63,768 nucleotides of DNA, filler included, from Choristocarpus tenellus KU-1152 (GCA_964200185.2; 10 parts of 10 records of this genome joined end to end with filler, not necessarily neighbours in it), one strand, 5' to 3'; shown: positions 52,101 through 63,768, numbered from the whole stretch's first letter. Translations and numbers: made by a program. Notes: generated from the letters alone by a model not told the origin.

Positions 52101-53588
52101 CAGTATGAAGGGAGAATGTAGTAATAATAATAATGAATTGGCTATAATATTGCTAATTGCTCAGACTCAATAGAGAACATGGATGAAACTAAGTAGGGGG
52201 CCTATGTTGAATGATTGTCATGACTGATGCTTTTTTAGCTTTGTTTTACTAGTGACCTTGTAGTGTGCTTAGCAGTCTATAATATGCAATATGTTGTTTG
52301 ATATAAACCAAGTTAATTTTGGCTAAAGCACTTCTGAAACATTTTATTTCGTTCTTAGAGACCATACCTGAATGGATTTGGTGACTTTGGTAGGGTTGTT
52401 GATTGGGTGCAGTTTGACTTTTTTGTTGACTTTTTTGTTGACCAGCTCTTGGCGCATAGATGTATTTTCCATTTTAATGTAATGTAGTACTCACAGTATG
52501 ACAAAGTTTCATCTGAAAGGTCGTTACAACACCCAGTAAATAGTACAAACAATAACTAATGTGCAATGAAACTCTTGAGTGTGAGTCCTCTGTATGTCAG
52601 CAAAAATACTGTTTGAGGTGCTAATTTTTTGTGATGATAATGCTATACACACAGGCTGGACGTATCCATTCACTACGGATGGTCTTTGGTGAGAGGTATC
52701 CTGACCCTGTGAGGATGTTGTCGGTGGGGCAAGAGGTGAGACTAACCCTAACCCTAACCTGGTTGATTCTCCCTTGTCTTGAAGAATGTTTGTGCTATGG
52801 GCAGGCAGTCCCCCCCTTTGTGTTTGTAATACTCAGAGCATAAATGGTCTGGAGTAAGAAAAATAAAGAGTATGTGATACGGTTGTACTTTTACTTTATA
52901 TTATTATTTGGTTAATATCAGATGTTTGATGGCAGTACCACAAAATTCCCAAGTGAAGTCATCTCTTTTTTTTATGATGCACTGTACCTTGTATTGTACC
53001 TTGTCATGGTAAGACTGAGGTGAAGAGAGGTTTTTCTAGTTAAAGTATCTCTTAGAGATTTGGTTTGAAGTATGTAAATTATATCCCAAGAATGATTAAG
53101 GCGTTTATGTGGGCAACAAAAGGTCCGACCCAGGTGTGGCCTAGTTCATATCCAGATTTTCGATTTGGTGTCATGTGAGGAGGTACCTCTGTGGGGGTAT
53201 GATGGTCATTGCCATATGTGACTAATAGTTGATAATAAGTTGAATCTTTTCATTGTTTTTCAATCTACAATATACTGCATAGTATATAAATACATTTCAA
53301 TGTTTAAATGAAAATATCATCAGTGCTATGATAAAATGAACAGTTGACTTACTTGTAATCCTCTGTATTCATCTTTATGGTACCTTTATCGTATACAGTG
53401 CCTGGTAGTTTGTCTCCCCCCTCTCCCATACCTCAGACATTCTTATTTTATTTTATTGTTCTCCTCAGGTGCCGCCGATGCTGGAGGATCCAGAAAACCC
53501 TGCGTGGTCATCTGTATCAGTGGAGTTTTGTGGTGGAACACACCTGAACAACACAAGGGAGGCAGAGTCCTTTGCCATCCTGGAGGAA
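43119..53588 (+). CDS. AARS: Alanyl-tRNA synthetase (eukaryotic type), nine internal exons covering the editing domain; partial at both ends
   Basis: Exons 43119-43241, 44918-44998, 45530-45664, 47348-47446, 49223-49342, 50641-50763, 51314-51394, 52655-52735 and 53469-53588. Motifs: [33 protein letters not shown] (HxxxH), [35 protein letters not shown] (CxxxH). Confidence 0.97.
44545..44907. repeat. Compound 7-bp satellite (TGTACTG / TGGACTT) in an AlaRS intron
   Basis: Visible 7-nt period with two alternating variant blocks. Confidence 0.95.
48085..48255. repeat. ~28-bp minisatellite (TAGTGTATAGAATATTCTTGTACTATT-like), about 6 copies, intronic
   Basis: Directly visible, diverged copies. 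Confidence 0.85.
51725..51935. repeat. ~53-bp minisatellite (..CCTAATTGTTTCTTCTCTTTCTGATCAATTACTATCTTTTGTG..) x4, intronic
   Basis: Directly visible. Confidence 0.85.
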
Positions 53589-53763
53589 GTAAGATGTGGA
53601 TGGGGGAGAGGCTGGGGGGCGGGGGGTTACTGATGGTTCTAGGTTTTGACTATACTTGCCTACNNNNNNNNNNNNNNNNNNNNNNNNNNNNNNNNNNNNN
53701 NNNNNNNTTAATTAATTAANNNNNNNNNNNNNNNNNNNNNNNNNNNNNNNNNNNNNNNNNNNN

Positions 53764-54589
53764 CTGAAGCTCTGCCTTCTGGTCAGCCGTGGGAACGATA
53801 CCCACGAAGATGGAATCGCACTTCCCCGATCCATCTTGGTTGGTGAAGCCTAAGGTGTCCGTGGGGCCTATCATTACCACCTTCTCACATAGTAGTAAGA
53901 GAGAGGAGGGAAGAAATGGGGTGGGATACTGTTTTGGAGGATATTCGCATGAAATGGACAACTTTGGTGAAGATAGGTCATTCCACTTGGTCTGAAATCT
54001 GCATGTTGAGCAAGTCAACGGCATTTGCGCATTGAAGACTATTGGTCAGGTGCTCGAACCGAAGGAAGAGGGTGCAACATTACACTGGAATCAACAATAT
54101 AGACCTGAGAGGCAGACCAGAAGCCCTTGTACCACTGAGACATGACGTAGGTCTCCGCCACTCCCCCAACATCTGGGATCTGTCAACATATTTGATCAAA
54201 GTATATGGGTTGCTGAGTTGGAGGCAGTCGGAAAGTTCACACAGAACACAATCAAATAGTGATAAGCTGGTAAGCTGCTCTCTTCAGCATGCAACTCAAG
54301 GTGGTATGTTGGAATGTTGTTGACAATAATTTACGCCGTACTGTCTCTTCTGGCGAACTGATCCAACTCCCCTGGGGTAAACTATTATATTAACTGGTAT
54401 CTAACTTCGGCTGAGACACCCAACAACTGTTGTGGGTGTAACCTCGACCTTATCCACAACTCAGGGAGTTGTCCTCACCAGATCGCTAGCTGCGAGGATG
54501 CACGGCTGCAGGTCCAAAGACACCTGTGCAAGCACAGGGGATAACAGACCAGCGGCCATGGCGACCATCCACGAAACACGAGTCATCAT
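53764..54589 (-). CDS. Possible secreted hypothetical protein, 5' exons
   Basis: MMTRVSWMVAMAAGLLSPVLAQVSLDLQPCILAASDL followed by a GTGAG donor. Further short candidate exons follow (GSWISSPEET; IPDVGGVAETYVMSQWYKGFW; ...VVMIGPTDTLGFTNQDGSGKCDSIFVGIVPT). Splicing is not fully resolved. Confidence 0.35.
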
Positions 54590-57263
54590 GGTTGACTATA
54601 TCAATTTAGTACTCTTCTTCCTGTCGTTCTACGAGGCTGTTGAGGGTCGAATAGGGGTAATTTGACGCCTTTCTGCTTGAGAGGTTACCACGACGGATAA
54701 AAATCAACTTTCAGATATAGACTGGATCGAATACTCTGTAGTATGTTTGCTGTGTGTGAGTTAGCAATTTATAGTTTTGAAGTCTGGAAAAGAATAGTTT
54801 GATGATGTGTTATTTTGTGTAACTAGGATAGCAATCGGAATTACTTCCAGTACGTGCTGCCATGTCCCTTCCTCCTTGTACTAAATACTTTTTGAAAAAA
54901 TGATTCTATTACCTACGCAACCCTGGGTATGGTTCTACTATGAAGTAGGTAGAGATAGTTATCAACTTTTTTTTCATATTTTGGTATAGTATCAGACCTC
55001 TCCGCCTAGTAGTAGAGTTTTTTTCTTCCTGGCTGTAGGATTGACCTTTAAATTCTGGACGATGTCTTGATGTCATGTGTAGTACAAGAGTAATGAGTGT
55101 GCGAGGTGGGCGTCATTAAATTCCATTCGAAAAGCGAGATGGGTACGACCATTCAGTGCCACTTCACTAAACTATGGTCCATGACGGTATTGAACAGGAT
55201 TACCATGACTATGCGGTCTTTCGGTTCTGTGTGTATCCCTTTCAAGCTTCTGTTCACCCACCTTCCTCCCGAGTAATGAACAGAACGACTGACTGTTGAA
55301 CATACACCTACCGTGAATCAATTGCCCGACATGCCTTCTGAAAATTGAAACTCATCTTGCAGTAACCTTGACTTTTATTGTGTTCAAGATAATTCCTGAT
55401 CGTACACGAGAAAATTAGACGATGTTTTCTGGGCGGAGAAAAAGAAGAAAATGTAACGAGGATGGGCGAAAGGTTGAAAATGGATGGCTCAAACGAAGAT
55501 ATAGTAGCTGAGAAAGGGTGAGGTTTAGGTGGCAAGGTTAGGAAGAGGATGGACAGAAGAAAAAAAGACAGAGTCAAAGTTTCGAGAAAAATGACTAGGG
55601 GAACACGCTCAAGGCAAATACTGACCAATCTTCCGGGCAGGGGAGGAGGGGAGAGTGTCCGGCACCAAACGTGGAGGTGTGTCCTCAGCAGATGAAACGG
55701 CATGAGCAAGCTTCCTGGGGAGTGGTGATGAATTGACAAGAGTCAGGCAAAATCGTGTAGGGTGGTATCTGGTGAGAACTGGGCGTTGGGAACTGGTTAT
55801 TGTCGATCAAATTAGCAGAGCTAGACCTACATAGTGTAGGCTGGTATTTTTATGTGATCCATGGTGAAAGTGATAGTTGAGGACCAAGTGCGGTGCTAAG
55901 GTTCATACACAAGGATACACAAGGATAGGTTCCTAGTCAGCTCTAAGCGGACAGTTATAGCTTCTGCCAATACTGGTCGCAAATGCTAATGGAGTTATAA
56001 TTGGAGGACTCTTTGATGATGTGGTAATAACTCTAGGGATAGGTACGTTCGCGTGGAATCCTGATCAAGCGAATAGTCGTAGCTTATATTGCTCCAGACA
56101 CAAACTTGGTTATTCCTTAGCATGCATGACGAAACAGACAGAATAGTCAAATTGTAGTTTAATGACTGATTTTAAAACCAGTGAAAGTCACAATCGGGGA
56201 GGATGTTAGATCTATATTGATAACAGATTGTGGCGTTCCAGTCGCCAACATTGTTATACTTTGGGCAATTGTGATGAAATGGAAAGGTCAGGGCTCATCG
56301 TAGGGTGATATTTAGTGTGATACTATGTGAACGAATAGTTGGAGGACCTAGAATAAATACTAGGATTGGCAACTAGGCATGGATACACTTATTGTTGAGT
56401 GTCCTGCTTAAAACGTCAACCTGTAGTTCTTACGCCGCTCCTGTCTCAAAACTGAGATGTTTTAGGGCATCTATGATGAAATCAAGAGGTTAGGTCACAT
56501 AATACGGTGTTGGCTTGTTGAATAACAGTAAAAGTCATAACTCGGGATCGAACATCGATGTGATTAGTTGTAGGTATTGTCGTTCTTGTCACAACTGTTA
56601 CCACTCATTAGCATCTATGATGGAATTGACGGATTAGGGCACATTGTAAGGGTGGTAACGAGTTGGATATTCCGTAAAACTCGTAACTAGTAGGACTCAG
56701 CGGGGTAGTAGGGTTAGAACGTAAGGATATATATATACGCATATTCGTAGTTATGCTAAGTGATAGTAGAAGTCTGTGCCATTCTCGTTGCAATCATTTC
56801 TCCCCAAATTTTGAGGAAATACTATCCCACTTGGGCACCCAATTGCTGTAACTATAACAACATGCTGTCACGATGCCATATACTTAAGCAGTACATTCTA
56901 GACGAATTAATAGTTGGCATTAATGCGTGTACCCTCCTTTGATATGCCACAGTCTTGATATTTAACTTACCCTTCAAAAGAGGAAGTACGATGACAGTGC
57001 CAGCATACAGAGTGCATTGAAACTTTAATCAGTTGGTGGTATTTGGCCACAGGGTTGTCAAGTGTTGACCCGAAGTATCTGGGAGGGGGGGNNNNNNNNN
57101 NNNNNNNNNNNNNNNNNNNNNNNNNNNNNNNNNNNTTAATTAATTAANNNNNNNNNNNNNNNNNNNNNNNNNNNNNNNNNNNNNNNNNNNNCCCTTTTCC
57201 TGGTTTTGGTCCAAATGGACACCCTGGTGTAGACCCCTCCCCCCCCCCCAGATACTTTGGGTC

Positions 57264-58720
57264 AGAGGCATCATCTTAAAAGCATATTTGTCTCTGGACG
57301 TGGCAAAAGCAGTTTTATCAATGTCATCCTCAGCAACAGGGATTTGCCAATACGCACTCTGAATATCACAAACGGTGATGAATTTTGCACCCCCAACATA
57401 TCTCAGGCATAGGCCAAGTCTGTCAAACCAGGTGTTTGTTAACAGTTGACCTATACTCTACACAAAATCGTGGGGAGCCATCAGATTTGGGCACAATGGT
57501 AACAGGACTACCCCAAGGGCTGGCACGTTATTCAATGATGTCTTGCTCTTCTATAATAGTAACACATGAGCCAATTACTTGTTGAATACGGGGGTTTGCT
57601 CTGTATGGGTTCCTATCAACAGGCTTGGTACCGGGCTCTATAGGAATTTCTGCCTCAGCTAGAGTACATCTGCCCAGTTCTGCTGCTTTCAACGAAAATA
57701 CCGATCTATAATAGGCACAGAGGTCTAAAAGTTGAGACCCTTGTGACTGATTGAGGGAGGTATCTTTGAACGCATTTGTCTTACTGAAGGCTTGATGTAA
57801 CTCCTCTCTAGCTTTATTGTACGGTGCAGAATCGGTATTTAGAGCACCAACAGTGATTAGAATCTGATCAAAAATCGGGGTAAGTGACCTATCACAAGAT
57901 GCTTCTTGATACGGACCCTTCGAGCTGTTGGGTTTGCCATTTGAACCAATACTGATCTAATACTTGGTGACCAAGTACTGAGAGTGCGAGCAGCTACGAT
58001 ACGATTCCATGGGTGTGTAGGTTCAACGGTTTGATCTACAGCAGGCATAGAATGTATGACTTGCTCCACTACAACTGCAGTATCAAGCGACGGGCTAGCA
58101 TCAGTTGTGCAATGTATGATGATTTCATGACCTGGTGGTATATTATACTGTTTATGTACACGAACGGGTACAGGGTCAAAACCATGTCGCACACCCACCA
58201 CAGAGCACAAATGAGTGGTACTTGTATCAAGTACTTGTTGTGTGGGGCTCCTTGTCATGTGATGTCTTGCTGGAGTGGTACACAAACTGTTGTGGAACGA
58301 GAGACATTGTTCTTGCCAGTCAAGGATTGCACTGAAGGCCTTCATAATACAATTATTAAGCAGAATATTATGGGGACCAAGTTGGGGAATCACTAAAGCT
58401 TCAACTGGTAATGTAGTGTCACTAAGAGTAAGTGCAAAACGAATAAATCCACGAATAGGCAATGGCGAGTCGTTTGCCGCACCTTGGTGTTTATTGCACC
58501 AGGTGGGACAGGATGCACATCAAAACGTTCTGTTACAGCGTGCCCCAGAACTCACCTCCACAGGATGTATAACTCAAATCCAACGACCTTAAAACGACGT
58601 TATGGGAACGTTGCCCTTGGCAACAGTTTGTTGGGTGTCAGACTGCCGTTTCTCTCGATGCTCCACTCAGTGCTTAGCTCAAAGCTCAACTCAATGTTGT
58701 GTTCAAGATAAAAAAAAATG
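57264..58720 (-). mobile_element. Ty3/gypsy LTR retrotransposon pol relic (post-protease linker + RT N-half)
   Basis: The minus strand reads EIPIEPGTKPVDRNPYRANP...IE*RASPWGSPVTIVPKSDGSPRFCVEYR...FITVCDIQSAYWQIPVAEDDIDKTAFAT...FKMMP, with stops. ORF 57857-58462 resembles the protease C-terminus/linker. RT is truncated at a MITE end (57263). Confidence 0.9.
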
Positions 58721-59224
58721 AATAAGAGGGGTAAAGGATTTTGACCAAAAGCCCTCTTATTATTTTCTTCATCCACCCAATTTCTTTGGCCTTCTATGCA
58801 ACTGCTCTATACACGATCCAATCATAAACCAATATTCTGCAACTTCGTAGGATCTTTGACATTTTCTTCTGTAATGTTACGTCTGCATTACGAATCTTAC
58901 TCTATATCTTCTACAAAATCAGCATTTAGTCTGTAAGGCTACCTATGTGTTATTAATATTGCATATTGTTCGCACTTGTTAGAACGTGAGCAACAATGCT
59001 CGCACTATTTGTTTATCACAAATGTTTGTGTTTGCTAAAACATGAGAAGAAATGCTCGCGCTATTCTTGTACAACAAATGCTCGCATTTTGTTTGAACAC
59101 AAGAAGAAATGCTCGGACTATTCGCCCGTAACAATTCCTGTTAAGGGTGATTGCGAACTAATCTTCTGAAATACATGGTACATCACTTGCTCCGTCAATA
59201 GTTAAGTCATTTTCCTCTTGTTCT

Positions 59225-60028
59225 TCAATGGTACCAGATACATGGACCCATTGTGATGAAAACGATGGAGGACAAACAGGTGGTCTGGCTCCTCATCTCC
59301 TGGTGCCTCTCCTCCCGGCTAGGCTCTCTTGCGAGGGTCACTCCCCCCCTCCTGGCACGCTCCACCATGGAGCAAGTAGATAAAACCTCCTTATGGACAC
59401 TAGAGAGGATAATGGAGGTGGAAGACTCAACAGAGGATACAGATTTCTTTGAAGGAGGGTGCAATAATGGGTATCTCCGCCTAGAGACCCGCCAACAAGT
59501 AGAGGCACAGATGCCCACAAGTGCGGGGGGTCTGGGACTCTCCTCTATGAAACACCACCAACATGCGGCTTTCGTAAGGTCACAAGTGGCAACTCTCCCC
59601 ACCCTCCTCGCAAGGCAGCAAGGGCCTGAGTACTTCTCGCAAGCTGTCTGCACGAGCCCCACAATACAGGCCTTAGGATTGTCCATTCACTCCCTCCTTT
59701 CCACAGGAATCCCCTCAGAAGACCTTGCAGAAATCATTGGCCAAGACTGAGTATCCTGGGGGGAAACAACACCCCCTGCACCTGCCCCAGAGGTACACAT
59801 CCTAGCTGCTCATGACGCCAGGATCACAAGGAGGGCTCAGCACGAGACCACACGCCCCCTAACAAGATCCGTTTTGACTCATTCAGGATACATCTGGCCG
59901 GCGTTCCAAGTGAGGCACACCAATGGAGGGAAAGCTCCTCATTGGCCCTAGTGTGCCACCATGGCCAGTGTGGACAAGGAGCAAACGCCTGGGCCTCGAC
60001 GCAACCGCTGGAACCAGTAAGCCACATC
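59225..60028 (+). mobile_element. Non-LTR retrotransposon relic (RT thumb region)
   Basis: ORF 59253-59750 has LLISWCLSSRLGSLARVTPP and QMPTSAGGLGLSS...HAAF. This is the PxxxGGLG thumb motif typical of restriction-like-endonuclease non-LTR clades such as CRE. Confidence 0.7.
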
Positions 60029-60351
60029 NNNNNNNNNNNNNNNNNNNNNNNNNNNNNNNNNNNNNNNNNNNNTTAATTAATTAANNNNNNNNNNNNNNNN
60101 NNNNNNNNNNNNNNNNNNNNNNNNNNNNCATGAAAGAACACTGAATTTACATCACATCATTCTTGACTGAGAGATCAATGACCTCTGTTACAACAGAATA
60201 AATACATTGGTGCTTTGCAGCACAATCACACCTATACATAACATAGACTAAGCATATTACTCATCGATACTTTGCAACGCCATGATTCCTGATCGCTCGT
60301 AGTCTACGCATTTTTCTTACATGTACGATGCATTTGATTCAGGTTTCAACA

Positions 60352-60580
60352 TTAGAGACGCTCGCATGGCGTCTCTCCTCCGAGGTATTCGTGTGACATG
60401 CCTCCAGTTTTGAAGGCGACGTCCGTGATAGCAAAGAACCAGTAATCGTCAACCAGCCTTGCCCCAATGAGTTGATTTATCGCCCTTTCGGCGATCCCAT
60501 TGTTTTGTGATGTTCTAGGTGGAGATTTCCTCCATCGGGTACCGTTGTTCGCCAGCATCCTTTGGAACTTCACCGACCTC
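60352..60580 (-). mobile_element. Ty1/copia integrase fragment
   Basis: SPPRTSQNNGIAERAINQL...YWFFAI...ETPCERL matches the copia integrase core C-terminus (TPQQNGxAER...FW...TPYE). Confidence 0.75.
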
Positions 60581-60859
60581 CCAAGGTAAATTGTACAGGT
60601 TATGAACCTTAGTAGTATGAAGAAAAGGAACAGGTGATAGGCCTCAACGACATGAAGAAGTTGCCCAACTGGACTGGACCACTAGCACGACCAGTGGAGA
60701 CTTTGACACCATGGAGATTATCTCTGGTGGTTTATACCAGCAAAAGGGTCTATAAGTCATTCTGCGGCGAAAATACGTTGTCCTGAACTCACAGACACTA
60801 ACGGAACGGGAACGAACATGGCACTGGAACTACGAAAGAGGAATGAATGAAGGATGGGC

Positions 60860-61005
60860 GGAGGACAAGATTCCCGTGTAGCTCAAAACAAAGGACGCAC
60901 AGGGGACGAGATCCCCGTGCAGCTCAATGGAGGGTGCGCGGAGGACAAGATCCCCGTGCAGCTCAACGGAGGATGCTTGGAGGATTAGATGCCCGTGCAG
61001 CTTAT
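60860..61005. repeat. ~39-bp tandem repeat (GATCCCCGTGCAGCTCAA...) x4, possibly the 3' region of an LTR retroelement
   Basis: The repeats are visible. A decayed 'WTGP' reading upstream hints at a gypsy integrase C-terminus, but this is weak. Confidence 0.7.
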
Positions 61006-61891
61006 CAGAAGACCCGATATAAGCTACAGGAACCTGAAACGGGAAGTATATTTTTATTGCTTGCTATATTATTATTTTGTGCTACCCACATAAGTCAACG
61101 GTAATAATGTCAAAGTAGTTGAATGCAGACTAAAAACCCATACATAAATAATCCCATTCATAATCCGGATGTACTATCTCATTAGTTACATCTCTCATAC
61201 ACAAAATAAGGTACACCTCACTATTGTCTTCTTTTGCACAACACTAACGTTGTGGATGTGGATACACCAAGTGGTGCAGGTCTAGGTCCTTGACTAACTC
61301 GACTGACCGCCCGAGCATTCACATAATATCCAATGGACTATTACACACTAACGTTTTGACACGAAATCTCAACGAATGGGGGGACAGGCAGGAAGAATGA
61401 CAAGTTGTGCATTGAAGAGCTTACAAGGCATAGAGAAAAGGAAATCAGAGGGGAAGGGGAATGGCTAAGTAATGCAGGCATCAAGAGTGTGCAAAGATGG
61501 GGCGGTGGAAAAGGGGACTGGCGGGAAAAAAGACCAAGAAAACATCCTCATGGATGAGGAGGGAATAGATTCATCAAGGAAACGTGAAATGGATGGGGGA
61601 TAAAGGGCATAAAACAACTTAGGAGCCTTCTGGCAATGGAGGGAGAAGATAGTATTTCTCCCAAAAAAATGGGGTAGGGAAGACATGAGAGGTTAGGGGT
61701 AGGGATATAGACAGAAAAAAATGGACAATTTGTAAATAAGAAGAAAGGGAAAATATAACGAAGAAATCAAGAAGACAAACTTGAATCAATATTTGAGGGA
61801 AACTGATGAGGCACATAGTACGCCTCTACGTGTGATGGGAAGCGACTGTTCTTATGCTTCCAATGTACTGGTACGAAAATTCGTACTATCT

Positions 61892-62144
61892 GGGTGAACG
61901 TATCTTAGAGGGTACGAGTTTTGCCCTGTTTGTTCATTTGGGGCTTGGCTTCCCATGGGGTTTTTGTGATATTTTTCCTACTCCGAAACGAGTAGGTAAT
62001 ATGTATATGTTATGAAATGGTGTGTCCGGAACAAGGATACTGACAATTCCTAACAAATTCGACGGATAAAATTACGTGGAAATCGCAACATTGGATTTCG
62101 GCCCCCGAATGGACGCGGCCCTACCCTCTAAGATACTTTGGCTC
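61892..62144. mobile_element. MITE subfamily B, full copy
   Basis: Inverted termini GGGTGAACGTATCTTAGAGGGTA / TACCCTCTAAGATACTTTGGCTC, flanked by ATCT on both sides. End fragments of the same family occur at 1-50 and 14705-14764. Confidence 0.75.
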
Positions 62145-62424
62145 ATCTTGAAGTTTTGTTTGTCAGCTTTGACTCTTTTTGCTACATATTCTTACTCTAT
62201 AGATGTGCTGACTGGTAGTCACAAAGTGCAAGCATAGTGCCATGTTTCCTCTATTGACTTGTAGGAACCCGTCGCCATGGAATTTCGTAAGACCCATCAC
62301 ATGCGGAGATAGTTCCTGAGAAGTGGAGAGCCACAAGAAACCAATCGATGAGCAGACCAAAGACCACTACTCTCTCCTTTCAGGAAAGAGAAAAAAAACA
62401 GGCGACTCATGGTAGGTCTTTCAT

Positions 62425-62603
62425 GACCCAAAGTATCTTGTGTGGGGGGGGTCTGTACAAGGGTGTTTATTTGGGCCATAACCAGGAAAAGTGCACGTAC
62501 ATTATCCATCCAATGTATGCAACCAAAACACCCAAAAATCGCGACGTGAAAAACATTTGGCCCCAAATGGGCAGCCGCCACCCCCCCCCAGATACTTCGA
62601 GCC
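62425..62603. mobile_element. MITE subfamily A (poly-G/poly-C TIRs), full copy
   Basis: Termini GACCCAAAGTATCT..G-run and C-run-CAGATACTTCGAGCC, flanked by TCAT on both sides. Homologous along its length to 62831-63016. Confidence 0.8.
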
Positions 62604-62830
62604 TCATGTAACAGTGCCAAGTTCACCCATTTAGCAAGTTGGGATGGATGATGTGGCCTGGATATTCAAGAATGAAGGCGGTAGACAACTACCTGATGAA
62701 TAGTCAAGCCTACATCAATGAATCATGGATCACTGACTTTGATCGTGTTGAAAGTGTATGTGACTACTGAGCATAGACAAGACTGCCAGGACCATGGAAA
62801 GGGAGGGTATCTGCCTCAAAACCGAATAGT

Positions 62831-63016
62831 GACCCGAAGTGTCTGGGGGGGGGGGAGAGGGGGGTCTACACCAAGGTGTCCATATGGACCAAAACCAGGA
62901 AATGTGCACTTTTATTCTCCATCCAACGTATGCAAAAACCAAATCACCAAAAAATCGCGACATGAAAAAATTGACCCCAAATGGACAGCCGCCACCCCCC
63001 CCAGATACTTTGAGCC
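62831..63016. mobile_element. MITE subfamily A, full copy
   Basis: Same termini and interior as 62425-62603, flanked by AGT on both sides. Partial copies or ends occur at contig edges: 25725-25823, 57067-57091, 57192-57263, 63744-63768, plus a related end at 42574-42666. Confidence 0.8.
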
Positions 63017-63768
63017 AGTAATAATAAAAAGTCAACGACTTCAATATGTCAAATCTCAGATGTGAAGTTCATAGTGGGTTTATTAAACCGCCATATATAA
63101 ACGTTGACCGTAACACATCTGGGTTCTCCTGCAGCTATTATCGTTGGGGAGCAGATAACGATGTGCATCCCTGTGATGTATAATTGCACTTATTACAAAG
63201 CCGTGACAGAGAGCTTCTGAGGGAGCTTTTGTTTTCTTATGTACCTCAGTCTCCATTCCATGGGAATAAGTTTATCACCCGAATCAACATTAAATTGCAT
63301 GTTTTTTGGTATATCTCAACGAAGTATAGTGTACTTCAAAGTCCTAACTGCTTGTCATCGGTTAGTAAATACTGTTCACACAGATCTCCAATCCTAATAT
63401 TAATGACCACCAAAAATTACCTTGCACCTTCACTTATCATCATCCTCTGTCAATCTGTCTTTCTTGTTGCAGCACTCCATGTACACATATCTATCGTGCA
63501 CTCTGGTCTTTACAGTATCATACAACATCTGCAAATGTCAGTTGGCATGGAAAATAAAGGGTTGTAGTAACCAAGAGGAATACACACAGTAGTTGCATTA
63601 TAAGGATCCCCAGAAACAGAAGGGAAAAACAAGTTTTTAGTATACATATTCAAGCAAAAGGTTTCGTTAGTAATTTGTGTGTAGTGATTTTTTCGTCATC
63701 ACCTCTTTTGTGGTGGCGCCTTCATTTTGGGGTTCTTCTATTTGACCCAAAGTATCTGGGAGGGGGGG

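Noticed and set aside
2650-53588. A functional gene cluster (PTOX, SMN, leuD, GT8, AlaRS)
   Set aside because: The genes sit on separate contigs joined artificially. Only within-contig adjacency is valid.
54700-57060. ORFs such as 55308-55739
   Set aside because: Low-complexity translation of purine-rich sequence; no supportable exon chain was found.

Overview
Intron-rich eukaryotic nuclear DNA, most likely from a photosynthetic stramenopile (brown-alga-like). Evidence: bipartite signal-peptide/'AF' plastid presequences, GT-AG introns up to several kb, and dispersed TTAGGG motifs. The window is not contiguous. Ten contigs are joined by nine identical 100-bp spacers (44 N + TTAATTAATTAA + 44 N), so neighbourhood across spacers has no meaning. 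Hand-spliced genes: plastid terminal oxidase (PTOX, 5'-partial); an SMN YG-box 3' end; a complete plastid-targeted isopropylmalate isomerase small subunit, head-to-head with an unknown plastid-targeted protein; a secreted Cys-rich protein built from a tandemly duplicated 3-exon module; a GT8/glycogenin-like glycosyltransferase (3'-partial); and nine internal exons of alanyl-tRNA synthetase. Mobile DNA: a gag+tyrosine-recombinase retroelement lacking RT, Ty3/gypsy, copia and non-LTR relics, an 820-bp foldback MITE, and several MITE subfamilies sharing one terminus. The most striking unannotated signals are: (i) a roughly tenfold CpG contrast between gene bodies and gene 5' ends, resembling CpG islands plus gene-body methylation; (ii) short telomere-motif insertions clustered in long introns; and (iii) an unexplained contig with twin conserved hairpins flanking an ~83-bp higher-order array inside ~2.2-kb-spaced direct repeats. 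All calls are by-eye; no database searches were run.
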